In this document: positions 8,863-18,679 of the stretch, in pieces
Position numbering within the stretch: the stretch's first letter is position 1
How the letters are laid out: each line of letters starts with the position of its first letter
Assembly (NCBI GenBank): GCA_022842585.1
Contig: JALHPI010000001.1
Coordinates: forward strand, 2,298-66,297
Length of the DNA stretch: 64,000 nucleotides
Direction of reading: 5' to 3'
Source: Minisyncoccota bacterium
Lineage (GTDB): Bacteria; Patescibacteriota; Minisyncoccia; Phycocordibacterales; Phycocordibacteraceae
Made by a program: the position numbers and the translations under genes
The notes under the pieces: generated by a model
What the model was told of the DNA's origin: nothing
What the model saw: only the letters and a program-made list of their open reading frames with translations
The model's database searches: none

Positions 8863-11027
8863 CAGAGACCGAGTTGCTTTGCAAGCTGCGCGGCGACGTC
8901 TTTCACTTGCGGATACGCAGCAACCGTTTCGGTAAGCTCGGTGCGTGCTTCAGCAACACGTCCAGCAAACATATACGCTTGTACGAGGATAAACCGCGCC
9001 TGCGGATCTTGCGGTGCGTTTTGTATACGTGCTTTTGCGGATTCAATCAGCTCGGAGAACATTTTCGCTTCGAAATACGCAAAGCGGAGCACGTCGTCAT
9101 CGATTGCGGTTGTGCCGTGCTTTTCCATAAGCAGCGCGCGTCCACCATCCGTATCTCCCGTAATGATGCGTCCGACGGCCGCGTACGTTGCCGTATTCTT
9201 AAATGACGTATCGAGCTCGTACGCAGACTGGAAGAGTGTTGCCGCTCCCGCTTTATCACCCGACTGCCATAGTGCAATACCCTTCTGGATATAGAGATTC
9301 TGCTTTTTGGGAGAGAGCGCGATTGCGGCATCTATTTCCCTAATGAATCCCGCAAAGTCCCCTGCGGAGCGGAGTCCGCCCGCATAGATAAGCCGCGTAC
9401 GCGCATCATTTGGAGCGCGCTGTATCTCTTTCTGCATTTCGGAAAGCGCAAGCGTAAAGGCTGCCTGGCGGATATCCATAGGTACCGTAGGCTGTCCCCC
9501 TATCGTATTTGCATACGCAAGGAGCTGTTCATTGATTTCCTGGGTCGCAAACGAGCCGCGTCCGACTGCCTGCGTATAGCTTGCAAGCGCATTGGTAGGA
9601 TTCTGGGCTTGTTGGGCGGCACGTATGAGGTCTCCGGCCGCTTGCATGCCTGGCGCGTTCACCATCCATACGACTGCAATGGTGGCAACGAGTACCACCG
9701 GAGCAACAACCGTTCCGAGCGTATCCCCTTTTATTTCCGCAAGTTCTTCAAACCGTTTTATCGGACGAGCGCTTGCGTCATGCGCCATAGCAAGTACCGC
9801 AGCGAGCAGTAGGTAGCTGAAGAGGTTATCAAAGGCGGTAACTGATTGAAGCGCATATGCCGCAAGTGCGCCCAAGAGGAGTAGTTTTTGCGCTTTCGGT
9901 ACCGAGCTTCGATAGAGCGCGAACAGGCCGGAACCAAGAAGTCCAATAAAGAGGAGAAATGCGGGGAACCCTCCGGCAATAAGCCAGTCGAGATACATAT
10001 TGTGTGCGCGGTCAAACCACGGCTCTTGTGCATAGAGGGATGGATGGTAGTACTTGTTGAACACATAGTTGTAGCCTTCCTGTCCCCAGCCCGTAATAGG
10101 TCGCTCACCGGCACCCTTGAGTGCCATACCCCAGAGCGTGGAGCGGACCTCGAGCTCGGATGCGTTGAATACGCTTGCAAGACGGGTAAGCGTCGGTTCG
10201 TTCTGTACAAATGCGCTGTCGCGCGCAAGGAAGAACCCGCCGGCGATAAGGACAAGACCTGCAACTACTCCCACCGCTACCTTCCGTCCGTTCCCTTTTG
10301 AAGAAGCAGCCCACAAGAGCGCGACAAGTCCTGCTGCTGCAAAGAGACCAAGCATTACGCCGCGTGTCGCTGAGAAGAAGATGAGTATGACTTGAAGTAC
10401 GGCAAGCGCAATCAGCGAGTACCTGAGCCAGCCTTTCGACTCAATCGCCTGCCATATCGCAACGAACACTGTAAACATCAGGTAGACGGCAAAATAGATT
10501 GCGTTCCCGAAATTAGCATCGAGACGCGCGCCGCCCTGATGTATGGGGAAATTCTGTGCGCACGCATTTCCTGCGCACAATAACTGCAACACGCCATGTC
10601 CTGCGACCAAGACAGATGCGCCAAGTACGGTCATCCACCACCGTTTCCAGAGCTTATCTGCAGACAAGACCGAAGTCGCAACGATAAAGAATACGAAGAC
10701 ATGCACGATGGTAATCCATCCGTCCATGCGCTCGAAGTTGCTCCAGAACGCCTTATGCGCATTCACCGCAAATAGGTTCGCTATGAACATCCACGCGATA
10801 AGTCCCGCATAGAGTCCGAGCGTCCAGGAGAACTTCGGACGATATTTCTTATCCGAGAGCGCTAGTAGGAGCCACGCACCGGCCGCTATCCCAATGAGGA
10901 TTCGGAACAGGAACCCTTTGCTTGTGATGAACGGGAAAAAGGTGTCATTAAATACTACGAGCGGGAGGAACGGAATAGCGAATAATGCCCCCCACGCGAC
11001 CCACTGCGCCATAGATTTCAGTGCCAT
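8862..11027 (-). CDS. O-antigen ligase (Wzy_C) family polytopic membrane protein fused to C-terminal TPR repeats
   Basis: 721 aa. About 12 predicted TM helices with a large external loop, then about 250 aa of TPR-like helical repeats (AGDFAGFIREIDAAIALSPKKQNLYIQKGIALWQSGDKAGAATLFQSAYELD...). Confidence 0.6.
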   Translation of the reverse strand: MALKSMAQWVAWGALFAIPFLPLVVFNDTFFPFITSKGFLFRILIGIAAGAWLLLALSDKKYRPKFSWTLGLYAGLIAWMFIANLFAVNAHKAFWSNFERMDGWITIVHVFVFFIVATSVLSADKLWKRWWMTVLGASVLVAGHGVLQLLCAGNACAQNFPIHQGGARLDANFGNAIYFAVYLMFTVFVAIWQAIESKGWLRYSLIALAVLQVILIFFSATRGVMLGLFAAAGLVALLWAASSKGNGRKVAVGVVAGLVLIAGGFFLARDSAFVQNEPTLTRLASVFNASELEVRSTLWGMALKGAGERPITGWGQEGYNYVFNKYYHPSLYAQEPWFDRAHNMYLDWLIAGGFPAFLLFIGLLGSGLFALYRSSVPKAQKLLLLGALAAYALQSVTAFDNLFSYLLLAAVLAMAHDASARPIKRFEELAEIKGDTLGTVVAPVVLVATIAVVWMVNAPGMQAAGDLIRAAQQAQNPTNALASYTQAVGRGSFATQEINEQLLAYANTIGGQPTVPMDIRQAAFTLALSEMQKEIQRAPNDARTRLIYAGGLRSAGDFAGFIREIDAAIALSPKKQNLYIQKGIALWQSGDKAGAATLFQSAYELDTSFKNTATYAAVGRIITGDTDGGRALLMEKHGTTAIDDDVLRFAYFEAKMFSELIESAKARIQNAPQDPQARFILVQAYMFAGRVAEARTELTETVAAYPQVKDVAAQLAKQLGL

Positions 11028-11054
11028 ATAGCAGAGACTATACCATTGGTTCCC

Positions 11055-12665
11055 TTAGGGGAACCCGGCGCACCCCTCTCGTAGGTCGTAGATATATACA
11101 TTCTTGCCAAGTTGGTGGAGCCCGTAGTAAGACGGCATGAGCATACGACCTAGATTGATGTCGATATCGAACACATCGGTCTGACCGTTCCCGAATCGCG
11201 CCACATACGAACACGAGGGTATCTCACGTTCAACCACCACTACCTCAGCGTCTGGTAGCTGTTTGAGCGCTTCCTGGTCAGATTCTTTGGTAACGACAAT
11301 CGGTGTAAAGTCGATATCTTTTTTAATCGATTTCATATGCTGACAGGTGGAACCACAGGACGAGGTGGCAAAGAGTTCGTAGGATGCTTTATTCATCGGA
11401 AGCGTCAGTTCGAAAATAGACTCATCGATGCGTATGGATTGTTCGGCATATTCTTTTTGAATGAAGTCATGGGCGTTGTTGTAGGTCGTCGGAACCGACA
11501 ACAGTATGAGAGTGTAGGCATATATCACACCGCCAATCACAAAAAGAGTGCGCGATACGAGGCGCGCCGGCTCTTTACACGCCACCAGCATGAAAAGAAG
11601 GAAGAACCCGATTGGGGCGATGTGCCGCACATTGAGCGCAAGCCCGTCATCGGAGCGAAATACCACCGAAACTGCAATCATGTAGAGTGCGCCATACAAC
11701 GCTGCGAGAAAGAAGAGGGTTCTGTTGCGTATCCCCGCATACAAGACAGGTATGAGCGCTAGCAAAAGTAAGGGAAACGATTCAATCGCGTGACGGGCAT
11801 TCACCATGAATGACTCGAAAACGGTGAGGGCGGGCTCGACACCCATAGGTGAACCGAGAAGTTGCATCACAAATCCTGATGCTTGCAGAACGATATTTCC
11901 TGCGTTTAGCGCAAAGAATCCTAAGAACACTGCCCCGCCCACCATCACCATGAACGTAAGACGCTTCAAGACTTCCTTCGTGCGCCAAAAGACGAAAAGA
12001 AGTATCGGAATATTGACGAGAAAGAGTCCCGCAAAGAGAAAGTTCGCGCTTGCAAGAAATGCAGTGAGTATGGAGGTGAATGAGAACCACCCTACCTGTC
12101 CCTTTTCTCGCTCTTTCGTTACGGCAAGATAGAGGAACATAAAAGACACCACCATAAGAAGGAGCGAGAGCATCCACATCTTCCCTGAGCGCACGAGAAG
12201 CGTTATGAGTACGCTCCCGAACGTAAGCATGAGGAGTGTGAGTCGCCACTCCATGCTCTGCACGTGTGTTTTGAGAAAGCGATACACTACCACCAAGAGA
12301 ACAATGGAAGTGAGTATGGAGACGATGCGCGGAATCCATAGGCTGAGCGAGGGATTCAATATAAGGAGGGTCTTAAGCGCTTCAGCATCAAACCCAACGG
12401 CGATATAGCCGACAGCAAGCGCACCGAGCATGGCCACATAATTCTGATAGAACGAGAGGGTGCCGTATGCGACCCCGTAGCCGGGCAAAAGCGTATGCGC
12501 CTCAATAGCGCGCAAGACCCCGCCCCCAAACGCCCACACGTCCGTAATGGTATTCACCATCGGGAACGCGTACCACACCCCCACAAAGAAGCTAAGGCCG
12601 AAGAAAGAGACTGCCCAGTCTTCACGGGTCATTCTACGCACAGCCTCACGCATAGCGGTAAACAT
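11055..12665 (-). CDS. Polytopic membrane protein; possible GT-C-type glycosyltransferase or polymerase (function unknown)
   Basis: 536 aa. About 12 hydrophobic helices in the N-terminal 390 aa and a soluble C-terminal domain of about 140 aa. Located in the glycan locus. Confidence 0.5.
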   Translation of the reverse strand: MFTAMREAVRRMTREDWAVSFFGLSFFVGVWYAFPMVNTITDVWAFGGGVLRAIEAHTLLPGYGVAYGTLSFYQNYVAMLGALAVGYIAVGFDAEALKTLLILNPSLSLWIPRIVSILTSIVLLVVVYRFLKTHVQSMEWRLTLLMLTFGSVLITLLVRSGKMWMLSLLLMVVSFMFLYLAVTKEREKGQVGWFSFTSILTAFLASANFLFAGLFLVNIPILLFVFWRTKEVLKRLTFMVMVGGAVFLGFFALNAGNIVLQASGFVMQLLGSPMGVEPALTVFESFMVNARHAIESFPLLLLALIPVLYAGIRNRTLFFLAALYGALYMIAVSVVFRSDDGLALNVRHIAPIGFFLLFMLVACKEPARLVSRTLFVIGGVIYAYTLILLSVPTTYNNAHDFIQKEYAEQSIRIDESIFELTLPMNKASYELFATSSCGSTCQHMKSIKKDIDFTPIVVTKESDQEALKQLPDAEVVVVEREIPSCSYVARFGNGQTDVFDIDINLGRMLMPSYYGLHQLGKNVYIYDLREGCAGFP

Positions 12666-12685
12666 ATAAAGGTGTGAATAGTATA

Positions 12686-12763
12686 CGCCCCTTTCCCGAA
12701 GGGATTGGAAGTACTCTTGGGGTGCGCCCCTTCGCCGAAGGCGTTGGAGGTACTCTTGGGGTG
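12686..12763. repeat. Two tandem 39-bp direct repeats (34 of 39 positions identical) in the divergent promoter region
   Basis: Unit A (12686-12724) is CGCCCCTTTCCCGAAGGGATTGGAAGTACTCTTGGGGTG. Unit B (12725-12763) is CGCCCCTTCGCCGAAGGCGTTGGAGGTACTCTTGGGGTG. Each unit contains a CCCGAAGGG/GCCGAAGGC mini-palindrome. Confidence 0.8.
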
Positions 12764-12793
12764 CCGTGCACGCGGGCGCGCTATACTGCCCCC

Positions 12794-13243
12794 ATGCCCG
12801 ATTATCTCCTCAAGTGGAATGCCCGCATTGAAGCCCTGTTAGGGGCTGGCACCTATCGTCTTCTCCGGTATCTCATTTCCGGCGGGACTGCTGCGGCGAG
12901 CAACGTTCTCTTCCTGTTCCTGCTCGTGCATTTCGCCGTTATCCACTATCTCCTTGCTTCGGTCATCGCCTTTCTCATGTCGGCCGTCGTGTCGTTCACC
13001 ATGCAAAAGTTCTGGACGTTCCAAGATACGGTCATGAAGAATCTGCGTACGCAATTTGGCCGATACCTCATAGCGCTCCTTACTAATCTCTGCGTGAATA
13101 CCCTGCTTATGTATCTCTTCGTCGAGAAGATGGGCATGTGGTATGTGTACGCACAGATACTCACTACCGCCATAGTCGCGGTCATTGGCTACTTCATCTA
13201 TAAATATTTCGTATTCCGCGCGAGGCCCATCGCGTTGCCATGA
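12794..13243 (+). CDS. gtrA: GtrA-family membrane protein (polysaccharide synthesis, flippase-associated)
   Basis: 149 aa with four TM helices and the GtrA-like pattern YLISGGTAAASNVLFLFLLV...FTMQKFWTF. The listed ORF starts at 12674, but that N-terminal extension is just the tandem-repeat DNA read as protein. Confidence 0.65.
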   Translation: MPDYLLKWNARIEALLGAGTYRLLRYLISGGTAAASNVLFLFLLVHFAVIHYLLASVIAFLMSAVVSFTMQKFWTFQDTVMKNLRTQFGRYLIALLTNLCVNTLLMYLFVEKMGMWYVYAQILTTAIVAVIGYFIYKYFVFRARPIALP

Positions 13244-14535
13244 TTCAGTTACGCACGTACAAAATCGAGATTGCGCTTTTTATACTTGCGCTTGTCGCGC
13301 ACCTCGCCTGCTTCTGGCTCGTAACAAACGCAAGCGGAAGCATTCTCGACGCGGTGCGCGCCGATGATGGCTTCTATGAGCTTGCGCAGAACATCCGCGC
13401 GGGAAACGGGTTCTCGTGGAGCGCTGAGGCACCGTATCTACCAAATCCACTTCGCACCCCCGGCTATCCCTTCGTGCTTGCTGGACTTATAAGCGTCTTC
13501 GGCGTGGCCGGTGCCGCACTCATCCAAGTCGTTCTCGCTTCCCTTCTGCCGGTGCTCGGGTATATGATTGCGCGCACTATCGCCCGCTCACGTGCTATCG
13601 CTATTGGTACGGGCGTCATACTCGCTCTTGATCCAACCCTCGCACTCCTTTCGTTCCAGTTCTATACCGAGACACTGTTCCTTCTCCTGTTTTTCCTCTG
13701 GATAATCCTGTCCCTCCGCTATTTGGAGAAGCGTGACCTTGTATCGCTTATCGTGGGTGCCGTCTTGCTCGGTACTGCGATACTGGTGCGAGCAAGCGCC
13801 CAGTATCTTCCCCTCCTCTTCGCGCTCTTCATCCTGTGGCAATGGAGGAGCAAAGACGTTAAGCAAGGTGCGCTCCATGCAGGCATCTACGTGCTTATAG
13901 TCGGGGCGATACTCGCGCCCTGGATACTGCGCAATGTAGAGATTTACGAGACCCCTGGTCTCTCCGCGCAAACCCCGTTCGTGCTCTATACAAATCTCGC
14001 ACCCGCGGTGATAAGCGTCGCCGAAGGAAGGGTCTTTGCTGAAGTAGTGGATACCTTTTTAACCGAGGAAGAATTCAAGGGAAATGCCATCACCCTTGCA
14101 AACGGTACCGAGTACACGGCGCAAGCGCTCGATGTCGTGCATACCTATCCTGCCGCTACCCTCGTTGTTGCCGCAAAGTCACTCTTCACTTTCTTCACGA
14201 ATGATGGCGTGTATACCTTGCTGGTGCGCATCGGTCTTAATCCGGACGACTTCTTCTCTACACTCGTCATCGCACGGCTCGTATGGATTGCCATCACGCT
14301 TGCAGCATTCTTAGGTGCGCTTGTATATCTCTATAAAGAGCGCTCGTCGCGCGCCGTATTCCTCATCCTTCTCATCGGCTACTTCGCGCTCACGAGTACT
14401 ATCGCCGCGTTTGGCACCAACCCGCGCTACCGACTTCCCGTTGACCCCATCATCCTCGCGTTTGCGGGACTTGGTGGCATGTATCTTTTTGCGTATGGTA
14501 AAAAGATTCTAAAATTCACACGCCAACAGCCATGA
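13240..14535 (+). CDS. GT39/ArnT-like (PMT_2) polyprenyl-phosphate-sugar-dependent glycosyltransferase, polytopic membrane protein
   Basis: 431 aa. Multiple TM helices with an early luminal loop (DAVRADDGFYELAQNIRAGNGF) typical of ArnT/PMT-family GT-C enzymes. Overlaps gtrA by 4 nt (ATGA). Confidence 0.6.
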   Translation: MIQLRTYKIEIALFILALVAHLACFWLVTNASGSILDAVRADDGFYELAQNIRAGNGFSWSAEAPYLPNPLRTPGYPFVLAGLISVFGVAGAALIQVVLASLLPVLGYMIARTIARSRAIAIGTGVILALDPTLALLSFQFYTETLFLLLFFLWIILSLRYLEKRDLVSLIVGAVLLGTAILVRASAQYLPLLFALFILWQWRSKDVKQGALHAGIYVLIVGAILAPWILRNVEIYETPGLSAQTPFVLYTNLAPAVISVAEGRVFAEVVDTFLTEEEFKGNAITLANGTEYTAQALDVVHTYPAATLVVAAKSLFTFFTNDGVYTLLVRIGLNPDDFFSTLVIARLVWIAITLAAFLGALVYLYKERSSRAVFLILLIGYFALTSTIAAFGTNPRYRLPVDPIILAFAGLGGMYLFAYGKKILKFTRQQP

Positions 14536-15179
14536 AATCCTACGGATTACTCCATACCCTGAAAAAGTTGTACGCCGGACAGACCTTGTGCCGCATACGG
14601 ATGAACACCGGGCTTGCCCGAGAAACCATACGCGGCACGGTCGTCGACATCGGCGGAGGCCGTTCGCCCGATTATTTCTCGTATCTGAAATGTGAAGACG
14701 GAACGACCATTGAAGCATCTGACCTCTCGATTAGCCCCATCGACTTCGAGAAAGACGCGCTCCCGTATGCGTCGGGTTCAGTAGACACGGCGCTTATGTG
14801 CAATATCTTGGAACATATCTATCACCATCAGCATCTGCTCGGCGAGGCGCGCCGCATCCTCCGCTCCGATGGAACCCTCATTGGTTTTGTCCCTTTCTGG
14901 GTGGGCTACCACCCAGACCCCCACGACTACTTCCGCTACACGCATGAAGCCCTACAAAAGATGCTCGCCGAGGCAGGGTTTGAGGACGTGAAGATAACGC
15001 GCGTCGGCGGCGGCCCGTTCGCGGCCAATTTCAATACCATCGTCTTGTCGTTCCCGCGTATCCTCCGTCCCCTCCTCTTCATCCCCTATATCGCGCTCGA
15101 CCGTCTATTTTTAGCGTTGCGTCCCGCTTCAGCAGTGCGATTTCCGCTTGGGTATATCTTTACGGCAAAAGCGTCCTAG
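14532..15179 (+). CDS. Class I SAM-dependent methyltransferase
   Basis: 215 aa. Motif I VVDIGGGRS and a methyltransferase-11-like core. Overlaps the upstream gene by 4 nt. Confidence 0.65.
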   Translation: MKSYGLLHTLKKLYAGQTLCRIRMNTGLARETIRGTVVDIGGGRSPDYFSYLKCEDGTTIEASDLSISPIDFEKDALPYASGSVDTALMCNILEHIYHHQHLLGEARRILRSDGTLIGFVPFWVGYHPDPHDYFRYTHEALQKMLAEAGFEDVKITRVGGGPFAANFNTIVLSFPRILRPLLFIPYIALDRLFLALRPASAVRFPLGYIFTAKAS

Positions 15180-15282
15180 AACACGGGGCGCGTAGGTACT
15201 AAGTCTCATCGTATCTTGACATATTATAAATTTATATATATTGTAATTTACGAAAGCACCTTAGCAACTGGAGGTTACTACC

Positions 15283-15660
15283 ATGGTTAACGCCATTAAG
15301 CTTTCGCTCTACGTCGTGTCCGCAGCGCTCATGCTGTTGATCGCCGTGTTCCTCGGGTACTTCTTTGAATTCCCGATGGAGTGGTTACCGTTCAGCTTCG
15401 CTGCTGTCCTACAAGCTCTAGGCGTCGTCTGCGTGCTAGCAGCGCTCGCAGAGATCTTCGGGGGGAAGGTGCTGGCACAATGGTTCATCGTACGACCATT
15501 GCTCGCATTTTTCTTCGGCTATCTCGCCTACGTGCTGCTGACGGCAACACGACTCCCTCTGGAATATCCTCAAGACCAGACGGCGCAATTCTTCCTCGCG
15601 TTCCTGACGGTCATGCTCTCTCTCGGCGCACTGCACCTGCAGTATCAGCCGAGAAAATGA
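15283..15660 (+). CDS. Small integral membrane protein (four TM helices), unknown function
   Basis: 125 aa. A GGAGG RBS sits 7 nt upstream of the ATG, and a terminator follows. Confidence 0.5.
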   Translation: MVNAIKLSLYVVSAALMLLIAVFLGYFFEFPMEWLPFSFAAVLQALGVVCVLAALAEIFGGKVLAQWFIVRPLLAFFFGYLAYVLLTATRLPLEYPQDQTAQFFLAFLTVMLSLGALHLQYQPRK

Positions 15661-15680
15661 GGGACTGGAGTAGGGGTGAG

Positions 15681-15714
15681 GGGGCGGCTATCGCAAGATA
15701 GCCGCCCCTTTTCG
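15681..15714 (+). terminator. Intrinsic terminator (GGGGCGGCTATC-GCAA-GATAGCCGCCCC-TTTTCG)
   Basis: Perfect 12-bp stem followed by a T-run. Confidence 0.7.
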
Positions 15715-15741
15715 CACTCTTTAATTTACCGAATTCACGAG

Positions 15742-17490
15742 CTAGAGTTCACGTTCCTGCATCCAGAGTTCGAGTGCGAAAAGCATCCAGAGCTTGTACC
15801 CCAGAGAAGTGTTGCCTCGGTAAAAATCCTCACTGTAGGAGCGCATGACATCTACGTTTAAATATGCGGCAGAGCGCGGGTCTTTCAACATCTCCTGAAG
15901 CTTGCTTCGAATCGGCTCTGCTTTGAGCCACTCTTTTACAGGTGCACCAAATCCCTGTTTCTTTCGGGAGAACACGGTACTCGGAAGCAAATCGCTAAAC
16001 GCCTTTTCCAAAATTATCTTGCCGTGCGTGTGTGAAGTTTTATAGTCGTCCGGAAGATTGAACGCAAACTGCGCGAGCTCGTGATTCAAGAAAGGACTGC
16101 GCACTTCAAGTGAGTGCATCATGGAAGAGCGGTCTACTTTGGTGAGCATGTCGCCGGGAAGTTTCAGATAGTAATCCAAAAGATTCAGCCGCTGGAGCGG
16201 GGTCTCGGCCTCGCTCAAATCTAGGTGCGTCGTGGGGTCGTGCTCGATGGCTCCCTGTTCTTTCCAGAGTCGCTGTCGCTCCCCTACCGAGAACATATTG
16301 AGATGACTGCGCTTAAAGAGCCGGTCGGGCGTATAGCCGAGTGCCTCGGCAATAAGCCTTTTGTGAATCGGCAGGTTCCAATGCGCACGGTAGTGGCCGT
16401 AACCGAAGAAGAGCTCATCACCCCCGTCTCCTGAGAGCGCAACCGTCACTTTCTCACGCGCGAGCTCTGAGATAAGTGCGGTCGGCACATTTGAGGAGTC
16501 GCCAAGCGGCTCGTCATAGTAGCGCGTCACTGCTTCAATCGCTTCAAGCGAAACGGGAATATTGCGCTCATGGTGGTCAGTGCCAAGATGCTCCGCTACT
16601 TCACGCGCATACGGCAATTCGTTTCGGTACTCATCGAATCCCGCTGAGAATGATTTCAACGTATGGGAAGCGTGGCTTCGCGCAAGCGCCGTCACGATAC
16701 TTGAATCGATACCGCCTGAGAGAAATACCCCTACCTCCACGTCCGCAATCATGCGGCTTTTCACTGATGCCGATAGCATCGCGCGCACCTGTGCGGCGGC
16801 GTCTTCGTACGAAAGAGTGACGGGAGAACGCGTGAGCGACCAGTACTTCTCCACCGTTAGCGTTCCGTTTTCAAACACCGCACGATGCGCAGGTGGAAGC
16901 GGCGTCATCCCGCTATATATACTCCGCCAAGGTGGGATGAAGTAGAGCGCGAGATAGTTATCAAGGGACGTACGGTCAAGCTCCGTTTTTACGAGCCCCG
17001 TCGCAATCAGGGCTTTGATTTCTGAACCAAATATAAACACCCCATCCTTTTGGCTATAAAAGAAGGGCTTCTCGCCAAATCGGTCGCGCGCCATAAAGAG
17101 ACGCTTGCGCTTGCTGTCCCAAATCGCAAACGCAAATTGCCCGTCCAAATATTCCGGACACCTGTCGCCGTACTCCTTATACGCTTTCAGAATAACTTCT
17201 GTGTCCGAGCTGGTAGAAAAATGGTGACCCTTTTTCTCTAATTCTCTCCGCAGTTCCTTATAGTTGAATATTTCGCCGTTAAACGTAATGGTAGCGTGTT
17301 CGTCCACCATCGGCTGTGCGCCGGTGGCGAGGTCAATTATCGAAAGACGGGTGTGGCCGAGCACGGCGCCGTCGAGTACCACGTGCGCCTGACTATCGGG
17401 TCCGCGCTTCCCTAGAGTCGGCACTGCTCGGACGAGAGCGCCTTCATGCGCCTGCGCATTTCTCCCCGCTATGCCAATTATCCCGCACAT
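15742..17490 (-). CDS. asnB: Asparagine synthase (glutamine-hydrolysing) family amidotransferase, likely a glycan/sugar amidotransferase
   Basis: 582 aa. Ntn-type N-terminus MCGIIGIAG, an SGGIDSS PP-loop and a glycan-locus context. Confidence 0.8.
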   Translation of the reverse strand: MCGIIGIAGRNAQAHEGALVRAVPTLGKRGPDSQAHVVLDGAVLGHTRLSIIDLATGAQPMVDEHATITFNGEIFNYKELRRELEKKGHHFSTSSDTEVILKAYKEYGDRCPEYLDGQFAFAIWDSKRKRLFMARDRFGEKPFFYSQKDGVFIFGSEIKALIATGLVKTELDRTSLDNYLALYFIPPWRSIYSGMTPLPPAHRAVFENGTLTVEKYWSLTRSPVTLSYEDAAAQVRAMLSASVKSRMIADVEVGVFLSGGIDSSIVTALARSHASHTLKSFSAGFDEYRNELPYAREVAEHLGTDHHERNIPVSLEAIEAVTRYYDEPLGDSSNVPTALISELAREKVTVALSGDGGDELFFGYGHYRAHWNLPIHKRLIAEALGYTPDRLFKRSHLNMFSVGERQRLWKEQGAIEHDPTTHLDLSEAETPLQRLNLLDYYLKLPGDMLTKVDRSSMMHSLEVRSPFLNHELAQFAFNLPDDYKTSHTHGKIILEKAFSDLLPSTVFSRKKQGFGAPVKEWLKAEPIRSKLQEMLKDPRSAAYLNVDVMRSYSEDFYRGNTSLGYKLWMLFALELWMQEREL

Positions 17491-17511
17491 ACGACGAGTA
17501 TAGCAGTCGCC

Positions 17512-18621
17512 CTATTTTAGAGCGCTCTTTATGGCATCGCTTGCCACTGCCGTAGCTTTCTGCCAGCTGAAACGCTCTGCATACGCGCGTGCGTCCTTTC
17601 CCCACTTCTTCCGTTCCTCTACATTCATACCCGCAACGCGCATAAGCGCATCTCTAAGATGCATCGTAATATCTTCCGTTGGTATCACTATCGTGTGCTC
17701 GCCAAGCTCAGGCGAAAGCTCAGGCACCGGCCCCACATCGGTCAAGATGACGGGAATACCCATCGCAAGCGCTTCAGGTAGTTTTGAAGGAAACCCGTAC
17801 ACCGACTCAAGCGCACTCGTGCGTGGGATAACAATCGTAGAAACCTTGAGCATCTCCTGCTTCGCTTCCTCATGCGAGACATTCCGAACAATAGTCGTGA
17901 CTGAAGAAAGATTGAGCGCCTCTATGCGTGCGCGCACCTTCGTATCGTCCCCTGTAAGCACAAGATGAAGACGGGCATCGAGTCCGCGCTCGCGCACCGC
18001 TGCCGTCGCTTCTACCAGATGTATCAGTCCTTGGTAGGCGTCGGTGTTCCCTGCGTATCCGGCGATAAGCGGAGGCACTACTTTGGGTTCCTCGACATAC
18101 GGCACGGTCTCAAGATCGATTCCGGGAAATATGATTTTCACATTCTTCGTAAACGGATAGAGGTTCGCGGTTCGTTTCGTGAAAGCGATAACCGAATCAA
18201 ACAACGGCAAGAGGAGGAGTGATTTGTACTTCCATACATAGTACTGGAAGCGATTAATATGCCCCATCGCGTACTTTTCTATGTATTCCACTCCCTGCAG
18301 TTCAACGACGATAGGGACGTTGCGTAAAAACTTAAGCAGTACCGGCCCCACGAGTCCGGTCTGCCCAATCGTGAATATGACATCGGGACGGTGCTCGTCC
18401 GTAATACGAAGCAGTGCGCGCAACTTACTAAGCCCTCCTCCGCGCGGGTACTGCACAAACACATCCTTTAAATCGTCTGGTACCGACGCTGCGCATACGG
18501 TCATAGCATATTCGCGCCGCAATTCCTGCAATAATCGCGCGACATGAATGGGCGTGCCTCGCTTGGGATTTGCAAGCTCAATATCACAGAGGAAGAGTAC
18601 GTTACTCATATAGGGAACCAA
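17512..18621 (-). CDS. Glycosyltransferase family 4 (GT-B)
   Basis: 369 aa. GT4 C-terminal domain with the E-x7-E-like region (EALAMGIPVILTDVGPVPEL). Confidence 0.7.
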   Translation of the reverse strand: MVPYMSNVLFLCDIELANPKRGTPIHVARLLQELRREYAMTVCAASVPDDLKDVFVQYPRGGGLSKLRALLRITDEHRPDVIFTIGQTGLVGPVLLKFLRNVPIVVELQGVEYIEKYAMGHINRFQYYVWKYKSLLLLPLFDSVIAFTKRTANLYPFTKNVKIIFPGIDLETVPYVEEPKVVPPLIAGYAGNTDAYQGLIHLVEATAAVRERGLDARLHLVLTGDDTKVRARIEALNLSSVTTIVRNVSHEEAKQEMLKVSTIVIPRTSALESVYGFPSKLPEALAMGIPVILTDVGPVPELSPELGEHTIVIPTEDITMHLRDALMRVAGMNVEERKKWGKDARAYAERFSWQKATAVASDAIKSALK

Positions 18622-18679
18622 CTATACCTTTTCTTTACGTCGTCTGTCCGATTGCACTTCGAGGCAGTAGCGGTGATGC

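Noticed and set aside
12674-12793. N-terminal 40-aa extension of the gtrA ORF
   Set aside because: It is the translation of the two 39-bp tandem repeats (PFPEGIGSTLGV / PFAEGVGGTLGV). GtrA-family proteins are about 120-150 aa, so the start at 12794 fits better.
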